Below are positions 17,199-26,133 of a stretch of 52,976 nt of DNA, in pieces. Each line of letters begins with the position of its first letter. The first letter of the stretch is position 1. Source of the DNA: a phage. The DNA lies in the sequence record PZ049337.1; one strand, given 5' to 3'. A model generated the notes under the pieces. The model was not told the DNA's origin. It ran no database searches and saw only the letters and a list, made by a program, of their open reading frames with translations. A program made the position numbers and the translations under genes.

Positions 17199-17481
17199 GC
17201 TTCACCTTCTCCCATTTAGATAAACCACCCTCAAGACTGAATACGCGGTTACAACCAGATTCATCTTTAATGACGAATTGAGTTCCGGTTAACTGAACTG
17301 GCTCAAGTGCACCAAACAACACTTTAGGTTTTGACAAGCTGGTGGCAAGAACTTTGTATGCTTTGCTTGGGCAAATGTCAAAAGCAAAGTCACGAGTGTA
17401 AACTAAGTCACCAACCTTCAAATATGCTGGTAACAAGCGACCTGTGGCTGGGTCACGTTGTAAACGAGTACGTTGTTTCAT
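17191..17481 (-). CDS. hypothetical protein (96 aa)
   Basis: Minus-strand ORF. Confidence 0.4.
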   Translation of the reverse strand: MKQRTRLQRDPATGRLLPAYLKVGDLVYTRDFAFDICPSKAYKVLATSLSKPKVLFGALEPVQLTGTQFVIKDESGCNRVFSLEGGLSKWEKVKRG

Positions 17482-17544
17482 AAATGCTCCAAGTTAATTA
17501 ATAATATTCAGCAACCACTCTCATTATGAGAATGGTTGAGGAAA

Positions 17545-17796
17545 TTATTTAACTTCTTCCCAGGACCAGACACTGCCTTTTAGCGGAACGCTTTCACCAG
17601 CATTCCAGTAAGGTTTTCCATCAACATCCTTGTGGTCACTATCTTTCAAAAGGTTTATGCGAGCTTCCACACCGTATTCTCGCTGAACATGTACAAGTTC
17701 TCCCTCAAGCACGACACCAACCTGCGGAGAATACTCCCCAGAAGATGTTGATTTTACACATTTAAACTTTGTCATTGTAATACACCTTGTTCGCAA
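17545..17796 (-). CDS. hypothetical protein (83 aa), tandem paralog of 17772..17999
   Basis: Shares N-terminal M(T)KFKCV.S...VG...EGE.V pattern with the neighbour. Confidence 0.4.
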   Translation of the reverse strand: MRTRCITMTKFKCVKSTSSGEYSPQVGVVLEGELVHVQREYGVEARINLLKDSDHKDVDGKPYWNAGESVPLKGSVWSWEEVK

Positions 17797-17999
17797 ATAT
17801 CTGCAAACTCTGCACGATGGTCACGCTGCCATGTCCAGAATGCACCATTCATAGGAACAACAGCGCCTTTACGAAATGCTGGAGAAATACTCTCAGCAGA
17901 TTTGGTAACTTTAAATTCTAAAGGTGAAACAGCTTCACCCTCGATGATTAGGCCAACTGGGACGTAGTCTTTGTTGGAAGCAACACATTTAAATTTCAT
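17772..17999 (-). CDS. hypothetical protein (75 aa), tandem paralog of 17545..17796
   Basis: MKFKCVASNKDYVPVGLIIEGEAV... Confidence 0.4.
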   Translation of the reverse strand: MKFKCVASNKDYVPVGLIIEGEAVSPLEFKVTKSAESISPAFRKGAVVPMNGAFWTWQRDHRAEFADICEQGVLQ

Positions 18000-18001
18000 G
18001 G

Positions 18002-18184
18002 TTATCCTCTTGGTGGAATATTTCCACTATTATCTATAAGTTTACCGCGATAAATATTTAAACCACAATCTGCACAGAATGCGTTATCCAGAACTACGGG
18101 ACCATACATTCCCACAGCTTCATGAGCCACATGGTCTACATTATTGCTGCCACACTTTGGGCAAACAACATCATCCTCATTCAT
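18002..18184 (-). CDS. zinc-ribbon small protein
   Basis: CPKCGS...CADCG double CxxC. Confidence 0.4.
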   Translation of the reverse strand: MNEDDVVCPKCGSNNVDHVAHEAVGMYGPVVLDNAFCADCGLNIYRGKLIDNSGNIPPRG

Positions 18185-18488
18185 GGTATAAAACTCCCAA
18201 TTCAGATTCTAATTTAAATTCACGGAAGAAATCCATTGTTACAAATCGGACTTTACCTTCGTCATCAACTACGTTACAGGAAATGTCGGAGTGGACCATC
18301 CTGCCTAGCTTCAGAGCAACTTCTGAAAGATTCGCTTCGCCAGTCCCTGAGATTACACGGTAGATGCGATACGGTGTAAAGCCGCTTAAAGAGTTATTAC
18401 GGCTTGGGACAATCATCATGCCTGTTCTAGTAGCCATAATAACTCCAATATTAAAAGTACATGAATGCGCCAATAGTAAGTAGCACAA
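18177..18488 (-). CDS. hypothetical protein (103 aa)
   Basis: Minus-strand ORF. Confidence 0.4.
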   Translation of the reverse strand: MCYLLLAHSCTFNIGVIMATRTGMMIVPSRNNSLSGFTPYRIYRVISGTGEANLSEVALKLGRMVHSDISCNVVDDEGKVRFVTMDFFREFKLESELGVLYHE

Positions 18489-18709
18489 GTGGAAACATCA
18501 GAATGCAGAATACTAATTTCTTAACAATGTCCATTATTTCACCAGGAAGTAGAGAACAATAGCAACACCAACACATGCAATGATTGTTGGCATATAATTA
18601 TCAATTTTACGATATTGACGTTCGACTGGCTTCTTGCCTTTAATAGCATCCATCAATTCTTGATGATTAATCTGCTGCATGAATGTGTTAAATTGCTGGT
18701 CGTTCATTA

Positions 18710-18958
18710 TCACATACCTTTGTAGGACATAAAGTTGTTAATCAAACTGTCCATGATTCGGTCAGTCATAACATCTTTATTGAATTGTCTTTTTGTGATT
18801 TCGATGCCGAAATCGTTTTTAACTTCCTTAACTACATCACTTACTGGAAGGTGTATCCAATTATTAAAGTTGACAACAAGACGCTCCTGGATGAACTCAA
18901 TCTTTTCTTCATAAGAGGCCAACTCGATTAAGTCAGCCTTCAATTTAAACTGTGTCAT
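18710..18958 (-). CDS. hypothetical protein (82 aa)
   Basis: Minus-strand ORF. Confidence 0.4.
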   Translation of the reverse strand: MTQFKLKADLIELASYEEKIEFIQERLVVNFNNWIHLPVSDVVKEVKNDFGIEITKRQFNKDVMTDRIMDSLINNFMSYKGM

Positions 18959-19143
18959 TTAGCCTCCAGAATTTGGCTTAATGAACTGAACACGATTTCC
19001 TCATGTTCATCAGGTGTACATGCGTTGATGTATTCAAAGTCATACCCAACAAACTTCTCCGCCCACTCCTGTAAACGAAGTAAAGAATTGAAGTACAAAC
19101 GTTGCTCTACGCCATTTAACTTAAAGTAGACGATGAAGTCCAT
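18955..19143 (-). CDS. hypothetical protein (62 aa)
   Basis: Minus-strand ORF. Confidence 0.35.
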   Translation of the reverse strand: MDFIVYFKLNGVEQRLYFNSLLRLQEWAEKFVGYDFEYINACTPDEHEEIVFSSLSQILEAK

Positions 19144-19145
19144 GA

Positions 19146-19448
19146 TTAACCTCTTACTTTCAGGAAATCTGGATGTGCGGCAGTTGCCACAACTTTGTGA
19201 TGTTTGTCATTCTGGATTGCTTGCCAAACATATTCAGGATATGCGGCATTATTCCACACCAGCTTGTTTTCGTAAATTGATGTATAAGATATTAAGTCTG
19301 CCAACATTATTGCTCTGGTTTTAGTATTAACCAAAGCATGAGAAACAACACCATCACGATTGATATATTGATACAGTGCGTAATCCATTTCAGAATCCTT
19401 TAGTGTACCCAACAGTTTTGCGCAGAATGATTTCATCATTTGAATCAT
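19146..19448 (-). CDS. hypothetical protein (100 aa)
   Basis: Minus-strand ORF. Confidence 0.4.
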   Translation of the reverse strand: MIQMMKSFCAKLLGTLKDSEMDYALYQYINRDGVVSHALVNTKTRAIMLADLISYTSIYENKLVWNNAAYPEYVWQAIQNDKHHKVVATAAHPDFLKVRG

Positions 19449-19638
19449 CTGGCTCTAATTCGATTTCAATATTGACAACAATATTGTCACTAAAAGTACA
19501 TGCCTTACTTGAATCAAAGAACTTTACAGCATTATACTTATCTGACTCATTTACTTTAACCCACTTCACAGAACGAACAGTAAAGATTTGTCCATCTTGC
19601 AGGTCTTTAAAGTAAGCCGCTTTAGTAACAGTATCCAT
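19390..19638 (-). CDS. hypothetical protein (82 aa), first gene after the 1.1-kb repeat region
   Basis: Minus-strand ORF; start may be downstream of the listed one. Confidence 0.4.
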   Translation of the reverse strand: MDTVTKAAYFKDLQDGQIFTVRSVKWVKVNESDKYNAVKFFDSSKACTFSDNIVVNIEIELEPDDSNDEIILRKTVGYTKGF

Positions 19639-19832
19639 TTTATTCTCCTAAGTTAAAAGAAAACTCCCGTCATAACGATTGTGGAGGTCTTGTGTTACCT
19701 TAATCCACCTTAAAGAATCAGGGAGTATGTGACACAACAAGTGCCGAAAACTACAATGATTAGCTTGGAGACATAATCTCTCTAAAATCTGTCACACAAT
19801 TTCAGCAGAATTTACAGAGATTTGGTCTTATT

Positions 19833-19849
19833 CACATGCAACTAATGAT
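19833..19849 (-). promoter_or_regulatory. copy of recurring motif (minus strand TCATTAGTTGCATGTGA)
   Basis: 195 nt upstream of gene start 19638. Confidence 0.3.
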
Positions 19850-20039
19850 AAATGAACATGCTTAATTGCAACCAATTCATCTGCCAAATAGACGAATTTA
19901 GTCACAATCAAACATGCATCATTAATTACAGGTTTACTCCCACCTTGAATGTATTTGGCACATTAAGATTGGAGCAAGCAGGTACGGAAAACCGACCATG
20001 TACAGCATAATAAAACTAATTAAATAAAGGGTTTTATCC

Positions 20040-20312
20040 CAATATTGTCACAATATTTACATGCGATGATAAAGCCTTCGCTTGGCTGGAAGCCAGTATT
20101 CATGCGGGTTGCAAGAATATTGGGTGAATATTGATACATTTATTACATGCGAAATTGGCACAAATATTGTTACAAAATTAACATGCCGGATTGGTAGACA
20201 ATTGTATCTTCGAGGTGATTAGTCCTCTAACAATTCTGCCACATTCTAACATGCCAATTTGTAGCAATATTTACATGCCATACTGTGACGCAATTGTCAC
20301 AATATTTGTTGC
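20040..20312. repeat. iteron-like array of about 25-nt direct repeats (AATATTGnnACAnnATTTACATGC)
   Basis: Copies at 20040-20065, 20126-20151, 20162-20187, 20231-20255, 20256-20279, partial 20291-20312; further isolated ACATGC boxes across 19835-20660. Confidence 0.55.
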
Positions 20313-20703
20313 TCAAAATCGGGGCGGGCTACGGGATTAGTTTCGCGGCTTTGCTCCGACTCTTCTCTTCTTTCGAATTCTGATTGAAAGAAAGAAGCAT
20401 GTCCAAAAGTTCCAATATTACCAAAGTTATCTCCCGGCTTGTGGGTGGGCCTTTATAATAGGAGATGTGGCTCAATTGTCGCTAATAGACATGCTATAGG
20501 TGAAGAACAGTTTCGAATAATATTCCTACTTCACACATGGTTGCTGGAACTTTGTCCGGCCAAAGACAGGGAGTTCAATGATTGCCACATCATTACAACA
20601 CTGTATGTTTAGTTGACATGCTGAAATGTTTCTAGAATGATTTCAACATGACATGCGGAAACCCACGAACAACGTGAGTAATACTTCTCCGTATTCTGTT
20701 ACT

Positions 20704-20720
20704 TCACATCCAACTAATGT
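20704..20720 (-). promoter_or_regulatory. copy of recurring 17-nt motif (identical to 16624-16640)
   Basis: Exact 17-mer TCACATCCAACTAATGT on plus strand. Confidence 0.35.
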
Positions 20721-20794
20721 TACAGATGGCTACAATATTGAAGCCAGCTCTAAGATTAATTGAAACAAGAAAAGGGAGCCGAAGCTCCCAAATA

Positions 20795-21031
20795 TCAGAA
20801 CGGTATCTCTGTATCAAAGTATCCAGAATTGTGTAAGAATGCGTGCAATAATACATGCGACTCTTGTTTATATTCTGCTAACAACTCTAAGAAGTCTTTA
20901 GTCTCATTCACTGTGGGACGAGATAAGTTGCTCATGTCACAGGTGTGGTGAGGATTGAAACAGTTTTCGATTTGATTGATTTGTTGAGTATTCATTGTAG
21001 TCTCCAATTTGTTATAGTCATCCTTGACCAA
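20795..21031 (-). CDS. hypothetical protein (78 aa) ending ...FDTEIPF
   Basis: Immediately downstream of the RNA polymerase gene; SSB-tip-like C-terminus. Confidence 0.45.
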   Translation of the reverse strand: MVKDDYNKLETTMNTQQINQIENCFNPHHTCDMSNLSRPTVNETKDFLELLAEYKQESHVLLHAFLHNSGYFDTEIPF

Positions 21032-21041
21032 TTAATCCTAA

Positions 21042-22982
21042 TTATTGACAGAAGTAGTAAGCGTGTTCGCTCATCAGAAGCTCTTCAGTTACGATATTCT
21101 CATGATACATCTGAATGCCACCGAGTTGCTTAGACAGATTCTCGAATTGATTGTTGGTTACGAAGATTTCAACATATGCTGCACGAATAACTTCCATCAT
21201 ACGTGGAGCATCAGCTAAGCAGCAACGGAAACAGTCATGGATTGAAGTGAAACCACGAAGACCAGCTTCTTTAGCCTTAACTGCAACAGTACGAGCAACC
21301 AACGCGTCAATACCTTGAATGTAGTTAACAACGAAGGTACGCTTGAACTCTTCTTTAGTTGGGTTGGACTCACGAATGGTCCAAGGCTTATTCTCCTGAA
21401 TCTGACCAAAGATAACACGAGTTTGAGAGTCAACACGAATGCTGAATGCCTCACAGATTTCACGAGATGGGAAGCAAGGCTTCATTACAACCTGACCATC
21501 AGTGTGCTTATAGGTGATGTACTCTTTGTTGAGTTCAACACAACGAGCAAATGCAGCATCAGCAGCTTTCTCAATGAACATGTTAATCTTAGCACCCAAT
21601 GCGTTATGGATTGCTTCTACACACAGTTCAGCAAATGCCTCAGCTTTCTCCATAGGAATCTGAAGAGATGCAGTCATGTAGGAGATAAAGTCAGAAGAAC
21701 CAGTTAATGCTGCTTTACCACCACCATATTGGATAGCCATGTATGGAGTTTTGATAAACTTACGACCAGCTTTCGGATTCAAGAATTCATCCATAATTTC
21801 AGGAGATGGTTTCATTGAAGAACGGTCTAATAACTTTAACAGTTCACGAAGAGATAACTGGTATGGGTCAGATGCTTTAGTCTCAGAATCAACCAGACCT
21901 GTTGCACGAGCCATCTCCATGTTACCAGCAATGAATGCCAGATATTGAGTACCAGAACATTTAGCATCTAAGCCAAAGCCTACACGAGAATCACACTCAC
22001 CTGTAGTCTCAAACTTGAACCAATCCAGAGCCAGACGAACATAAGTGAATGGCTTAGAAGGACGTTCAGCTTTAGGCATGTTCATCATGCGAGCAAGTGA
22101 ACCAGCTGGATTCTGAGCAACATAGGTCAAACGTTTAGCACTGCACCATTCACCACCAGAAATATCTTCCAGCTCAGCCATGAACATGTTGTATGCAATG
22201 GTAGTAGAACCATCTTCGTTAAACTTCTTAACGATGTTCTCAACATTGTGAGAATACAGGCAACGAGCAAAGTCAGATGATTGTGGGTTAGGACCAGCAC
22301 ATGCTACATGATACAGGCGACCACGGTTATCAGCAAAGTAGTCAGAATAGAGTGTATCCTGAGTCATCATTGCTACAGCATTGTTCCAAACATGGAGTTC
22401 AGTCTGGATTGCTTCTGGCATCTGCAAACCACCGTAGGTACGTTGTTCAATCATGGACTGAATGATGCGAACCATTTCAGTCTCCACATGGTACTCAGTA
22501 TCTTGCAGGAATTCGATTGCAGCTTTCAGAGTCTTGGATGGCTTAACTTTGCCACCTTTAACGAAAGGCTTGCGACGAGATTCAGATGTAACACGCTCAG
22601 TGAATGGCACTGCTGTGTCTTTGGTTGTAACCAGCTCAACCCATGTATCAGTTTGTTGGAATGACTTGTCTTCGTTCATGGTGATGAAGCCAAAGTGTTT
22701 AGCTAAACCAATGAGGTTGATAGCTGGGTCAACATAGTGCATTGATTTCAAGTCGTTGTTATAGCGGTTGGCATCAGCAATAGAAGAAGAAGCCAGTTCA
22801 ACCATTGCAATGGCTGGGACAACATCATCACGAGTGAATGACGTCATCATCTTGAAGATTGCAAGAGCAGCAATAGCACAGGTCTGAGGCTGCATATAGT
22901 TCTGTTTCTCTTTGGCACGATATACCAGAGCCGTGATAGCAGGGACAACGGATTTGATAGTTTGAGTGGTGATAGTAGTCAT
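21042..22982 (-). CDS. single-subunit DNA-directed RNA polymerase (T7-like), N-terminally short (646 aa)
   Basis: DNRGRLYHV...NPQ matches T7 DWRGRVYAV...NPQ; CSGTQY versus T7 CSGIQH; motif B RKFIKTPYMAIQYG (R-x3-K-x3-M-x3-YG); motif C IHDCF; GGAG Shine-Dalgarno before ATG 22982. T7 comparisons are from memory. Confidence 0.8.
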   Translation of the reverse strand: MTTITTQTIKSVVPAITALVYRAKEKQNYMQPQTCAIAALAIFKMMTSFTRDDVVPAIAMVELASSSIADANRYNNDLKSMHYVDPAINLIGLAKHFGFITMNEDKSFQQTDTWVELVTTKDTAVPFTERVTSESRRKPFVKGGKVKPSKTLKAAIEFLQDTEYHVETEMVRIIQSMIEQRTYGGLQMPEAIQTELHVWNNAVAMMTQDTLYSDYFADNRGRLYHVACAGPNPQSSDFARCLYSHNVENIVKKFNEDGSTTIAYNMFMAELEDISGGEWCSAKRLTYVAQNPAGSLARMMNMPKAERPSKPFTYVRLALDWFKFETTGECDSRVGFGLDAKCSGTQYLAFIAGNMEMARATGLVDSETKASDPYQLSLRELLKLLDRSSMKPSPEIMDEFLNPKAGRKFIKTPYMAIQYGGGKAALTGSSDFISYMTASLQIPMEKAEAFAELCVEAIHNALGAKINMFIEKAADAAFARCVELNKEYITYKHTDGQVVMKPCFPSREICEAFSIRVDSQTRVIFGQIQENKPWTIRESNPTKEEFKRTFVVNYIQGIDALVARTVAVKAKEAGLRGFTSIHDCFRCCLADAPRMMEVIRAAYVEIFVTNNQFENLSKQLGGIQMYHENIVTEELLMSEHAYYFCQ

Positions 22983-23049
22983 TTGTAAGTCTCCAAGATT
23001 GTGTATGATTTAACTGAAACGGATTATAATAGCGTAGCCATTACACAAT

Positions 23050-23066
23050 TCACTTCCAACTAATAT
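23050..23066 (-). promoter_or_regulatory. copy of recurring 17-nt motif (minus strand ATATTAGTTGGAAGTGA)
   Basis: 68 nt upstream of the RNA polymerase ATG; a TATAAT-like hexamer lies about 25 nt downstream of it. Confidence 0.35.
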
Positions 23067-23170
23067 CACAAACCTGTGCCATTGTTAGCACAGCACGGAG
23101 ACTTTGACCTTGACTCATAAGCGAAGCGCCTAACTTGGTGTTATCATTAAGCCGATAGGCTGTAGAAAAA

Positions 23171-23229
23171 GTTGGGGTAGGGACCGTATTTTAAGTCCGA
23201 TAGGACGTTGGGCTTCCCCTCCCCGCGAC
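23171..23229 (-). terminator. possible intrinsic terminator after the late/nrdB transcription unit
   Basis: Minus strand GGGGAGGGG...CCCTACCCC stem (one mismatch, one G-U) followed by AACTTTTTC; loop is long, so uncertain. Confidence 0.3.
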
Positions 23230-23242
23230 CTCAAAAATAAAA

Positions 23243-23470
23243 ATTAATATTGCCACAATTCGAGTCTCATTAATATTGAAACAATTTGAGTCTCATTAAT
23301 TTTGTAGCAATATTAAAATAAAAAAAAATTATAAAAAAAAAATTATTTCATAGTCAGACAACTGTTCGAAAAAATTTCGGCGAGATACAGCTGACCGACC
23401 ATGTACCATTTGGTTTTGAACTTTACGCATTCCTAATATTACTCTTAATATTGTAGCAATATTGGGAATA
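23243..23470. repeat. AT-rich repeat region (24-nt direct repeat, A-tracts, TGTAGCAATATT boxes)
   Basis: CACAATTCGAGTCTCATTAATATT (23254-23277) and AACAATTTGAGTCTCATTAATTTT (23280-23303); poly-A runs 23318-23345; TGTAGCAATATT at 23298 and 23452, related to the 20040-20312 array. Confidence 0.5.
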
Positions 23471-23552
23471 AATAAATATTTAATTTACTTGTTTTATTCT
23501 AGCTCAAAGAGAAACGACGCTAACGCATCGAATCTCTTCTCACATATAATCG

Positions 23553-24671
23553 TTAAAGCTCAAATCCGCCCAGAGCATTGGTGTCAACTTCGGAGTCAAT
23601 CTGCCCGACAAGGTACGAACTAATCTCCGTTTCTTGTGGAGCAACCTGTACAGCATCCGAGTTCAGCCATGCGTTAATCCAAGGAATCGGGTTAGTTGCA
23701 CCTTTGAATGGGGCATCTAATCCAACTGCTTGCATACGAATATTCGTAATATATTCCACATATCCGCACAGAATTTGCTTGTTTAAGCCAATCATGGAGC
23801 CATCTTTGAACAAATAATCGGCCCAATCTTTCTCTTGTTGGGCAGCATCTTCGAACAATTTCTGGCATTCTTCACGACATTCTTGAGCAATTTCTCCCAT
23901 TTCTGGGTCATCTTTACCACTCGCAAGAATATTCAACATGTGCTGAGTTCCGGTCAAATGGAGTGCTTCATCTCGTGCAATCAGTCGAATAATCTTGGCA
24001 TTTCCTTCCATTAACTTGCGTTCAGCGAAGGCAAATGAGCAAGCAAAACTAACATAAAAGCGGATTGCTTCTAGTGCATTGATAGACATGAGGCATAAAT
24101 AGAGCTTCTTCTTCAACTCACGCAGACTAATTTCGTGACCAGCATGGTTCCCTTCTCCGAACAACTGCCATAATGCAGTGAGTTGTTGAAGTTCGTCATA
24201 ATACTGGGAGATGCCAATTGCTCGTGCTTTGATATGTTCGTTAGTTACGATTTCATCAAAGATAATGCTTGGGTCTGTAACGATGTTTCGAATAATGTGG
24301 GTGTAAGAACGTGAATGGATAGTCTCAGAGAAAGACCAAGTTTCAATCCAAGTTTCAAGCTCAGGAATGCTCACGATTGGAAGCAAAACTGTGTTAGGTC
24401 CACGTCCCTGAATGGAGTCCAGAAGGATTTGATAGCGCAAATTACTGGTGAAAATGTGCTGCTCATTTGGTGGGAGCTTCTGGTAATCAATACGGTCTTG
24501 TGAAACATCTACCTCCTCCGGTCGCCAGAAGAATGACAATTGTTTCTCAATCAACTTCTCGAATATGCCATACTTCTGTTGGTCATAGCGAGCAACGTTG
24601 ACGTTCTGACCAAAGAACATTGGTTCTAATAGTTGGTTATTCTTGGTTTGTGAAAAGGTAGTGTAAGACAT
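23553..24671 (-). CDS. nrdB: ribonucleotide reductase class Ia small subunit
   Basis: 372 aa; N-terminus [34 protein letters not shown]... closely resembles E. coli NrdB as I recall it; [17 protein letters not shown] (radical Tyr) and RDEALH iron ligands present. Confidence 0.9.
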   Translation of the reverse strand: MSYTTFSQTKNNQLLEPMFFGQNVNVARYDQQKYGIFEKLIEKQLSFFWRPEEVDVSQDRIDYQKLPPNEQHIFTSNLRYQILLDSIQGRGPNTVLLPIVSIPELETWIETWSFSETIHSRSYTHIIRNIVTDPSIIFDEIVTNEHIKARAIGISQYYDELQQLTALWQLFGEGNHAGHEISLRELKKKLYLCLMSINALEAIRFYVSFACSFAFAERKLMEGNAKIIRLIARDEALHLTGTQHMLNILASGKDDPEMGEIAQECREECQKLFEDAAQQEKDWADYLFKDGSMIGLNKQILCGYVEYITNIRMQAVGLDAPFKGATNPIPWINAWLNSDAVQVAPQETEISSYLVGQIDSEVDTNALGGFEL

Positions 24672-24673
24672 TA

Positions 24674-25234
24674 TTATTTATTTCCTAAATACTTATAAAA
24701 TTTATGTCCACCACAGGCTCCTCTTCCAACAACTCTTTTGAAATTACATTTCTCTGTAGCTGTGCAGAAGTGGGTGGCATCGGTTACATCTGGAGCATCC
24801 AACAATGCGAAGTTAATTGCTACATTCATGGTGTCCCAAACCTGTTTTGATTCAGTCTTCCAATTTGTTTTAACTATATTCTTCCATTGAGCATTCTTCT
24901 TCTTTGCTTCTCTTGTCCAAGCAAACTGGTTGCGTTGATATACTACATCGCAAACGGTGTTAGCGAATGGCTTCCCGAATTTGATTCGATTACGGACGAC
25001 ATTAGCTACCAGAATCTTTCCATGCTTGCTTTCTCCACGAGCCTCAAACCAAATTACTTTGGCATAGCATTCTATATCTTTGCGTTGAGAAATAGATAGT
25101 TTCGGATTTCCATTTAAATAAGATTGACTTGCAAATTCTGTAATAGTGGCGTTCACTGCCCCAGCCGAAGCTGGGACATTTGCGTGAAACAGACTCACCA
25201 ACAGAAATGCAAGAACTTGTGCTGAGGGCATCAT
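24674..25234 (-). CDS. secreted SleB-like cell-wall hydrolase (candidate endolysin)
   Basis: N-terminal signal/SAR-like [26 protein letters not shown]; [24 protein letters not shown] resembles Hydrolase_2/SleB; adjacent to holin. Confidence 0.55.
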   Translation of the reverse strand: MMPSAQVLAFLLVSLFHANVPASAGAVNATITEFASQSYLNGNPKLSISQRKDIECYAKVIWFEARGESKHGKILVANVVRNRIKFGKPFANTVCDVVYQRNQFAWTREAKKKNAQWKNIVKTNWKTESKQVWDTMNVAINFALLDAPDVTDATHFCTATEKCNFKRVVGRGACGGHKFYKYLGNK

Positions 25235-25249
25235 AGTTCCTTGTTTGCA

Positions 25250-25591
25250 TTATTTGGCCTTCTTAAACCAATTGAGTGGGTTGAGTTGTTTGATTGCAGC
25301 AGTGAAGCAATCTCGAATTGTGGTAATGATTAGGTTAGCCCCAATCAAACCAATCACCATTGCGGCGATTGTGGCATAGCGCGGTTCATTTTTGAATATG
25401 TCTACGAAGCCTGGGAGGGAGAAAACGAACGTACCAATAACCACACAAAGCAGGGCATCAAAAATAGCTTTCAGCAAGCCTTCCTTTTCATATGCCCCAC
25501 GAATGAGTGCAGTCAATCCAGCAAGAAGTCCATGCAGGACTCCATACTGGTGCATTGCTTCCCATACCATCTGGAAAGTTTGTCTATCCAT
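25250..25591 (-). CDS. holin (three predicted transmembrane helices)
   Basis: 113 aa; hydrophobic segments YGVLHGLLAGLTALI, LLCVVIGTFVFSLPGFV, ATIAAMVIGLIGANLIITTI; charged C-terminus; next to the hydrolase. Confidence 0.6.
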   Translation of the reverse strand: MDRQTFQMVWEAMHQYGVLHGLLAGLTALIRGAYEKEGLLKAIFDALLCVVIGTFVFSLPGFVDIFKNEPRYATIAAMVIGLIGANLIITTIRDCFTAAIKQLNPLNWFKKAK

Positions 25592-26133
25592 TAGATTTCA
25601 TTCCAGTCAATTACTTCGGTTAAGTCGAGTTGAGAAAGTTTGATACGCTTCTTCTTAAGTTCAATCAACATTTCGTTGTCAGACTTCTTAGCCATACCAA
25701 GCTCAGCCACGTCAGTGAGAATACCGATTTCTTCGGACAGTGGTGCAAGTTTCTTCTTACGCATAAACTCGTTATATTTCACACGGTTTTCTTTATGCTC
25801 AACAAACTTCTCACCATCAAACTTCCAGAAGTGTCTGTTTTCTTCAACACCATCTGGTAGGGCATCCAATTCAACTATGTTTCCACCTAGCGGCGTAGCC
25901 ACAGTGTCACCAGGTCCAAAGTCGATATGACGAATAGAGCCATCATTCTCATACACGACCTTGGCAGTTCCATCTTTAAGACCCTTTCGAATCTTATACC
26001 AGCATGTTCCATTCTCATCACAACCGAAGAGAATCTTGTGCTCGTCCCTGAGCACTTGCTGTTTTTCAGTTAGGTCTGTGTTCTCAACAAACCTTTTATA
26101 GTTACACAGAATAGCAGTCATACCATTCTCCAT
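25591..26133 (-). CDS. hypothetical protein, possible tail-fibre assembly/accessory protein
   Basis: 180 aa, downstream of the three fibre genes; assignment by position only. Confidence 0.3.
   Translation of the reverse strand: MENGMTAILCNYKRFVENTDLTEKQQVLRDEHKILFGCDENGTCWYKIRKGLKDGTAKVVYENDGSIRHIDFGPGDTVATPLGGNIVELDALPDGVEENRHFWKFDGEKFVEHKENRVKYNEFMRKKKLAPLSEEIGILTDVAELGMAKKSDNEMLIELKKKRIKLSQLDLTEVIDWNEI

Noticed and set aside
20040-20312. Possible CRISPR array
   Set aside because: Repeats are irregularly spaced, AT-rich and imperfect, with no unique spacers of constant length and no cas genes.
21042-22982. The 646-aa protein next to nrdB as a candidate NrdA
   Set aside because: It carries T7-type RNA polymerase motifs (DxRGR, motif B, HDCF) and no RNR large-subunit features.
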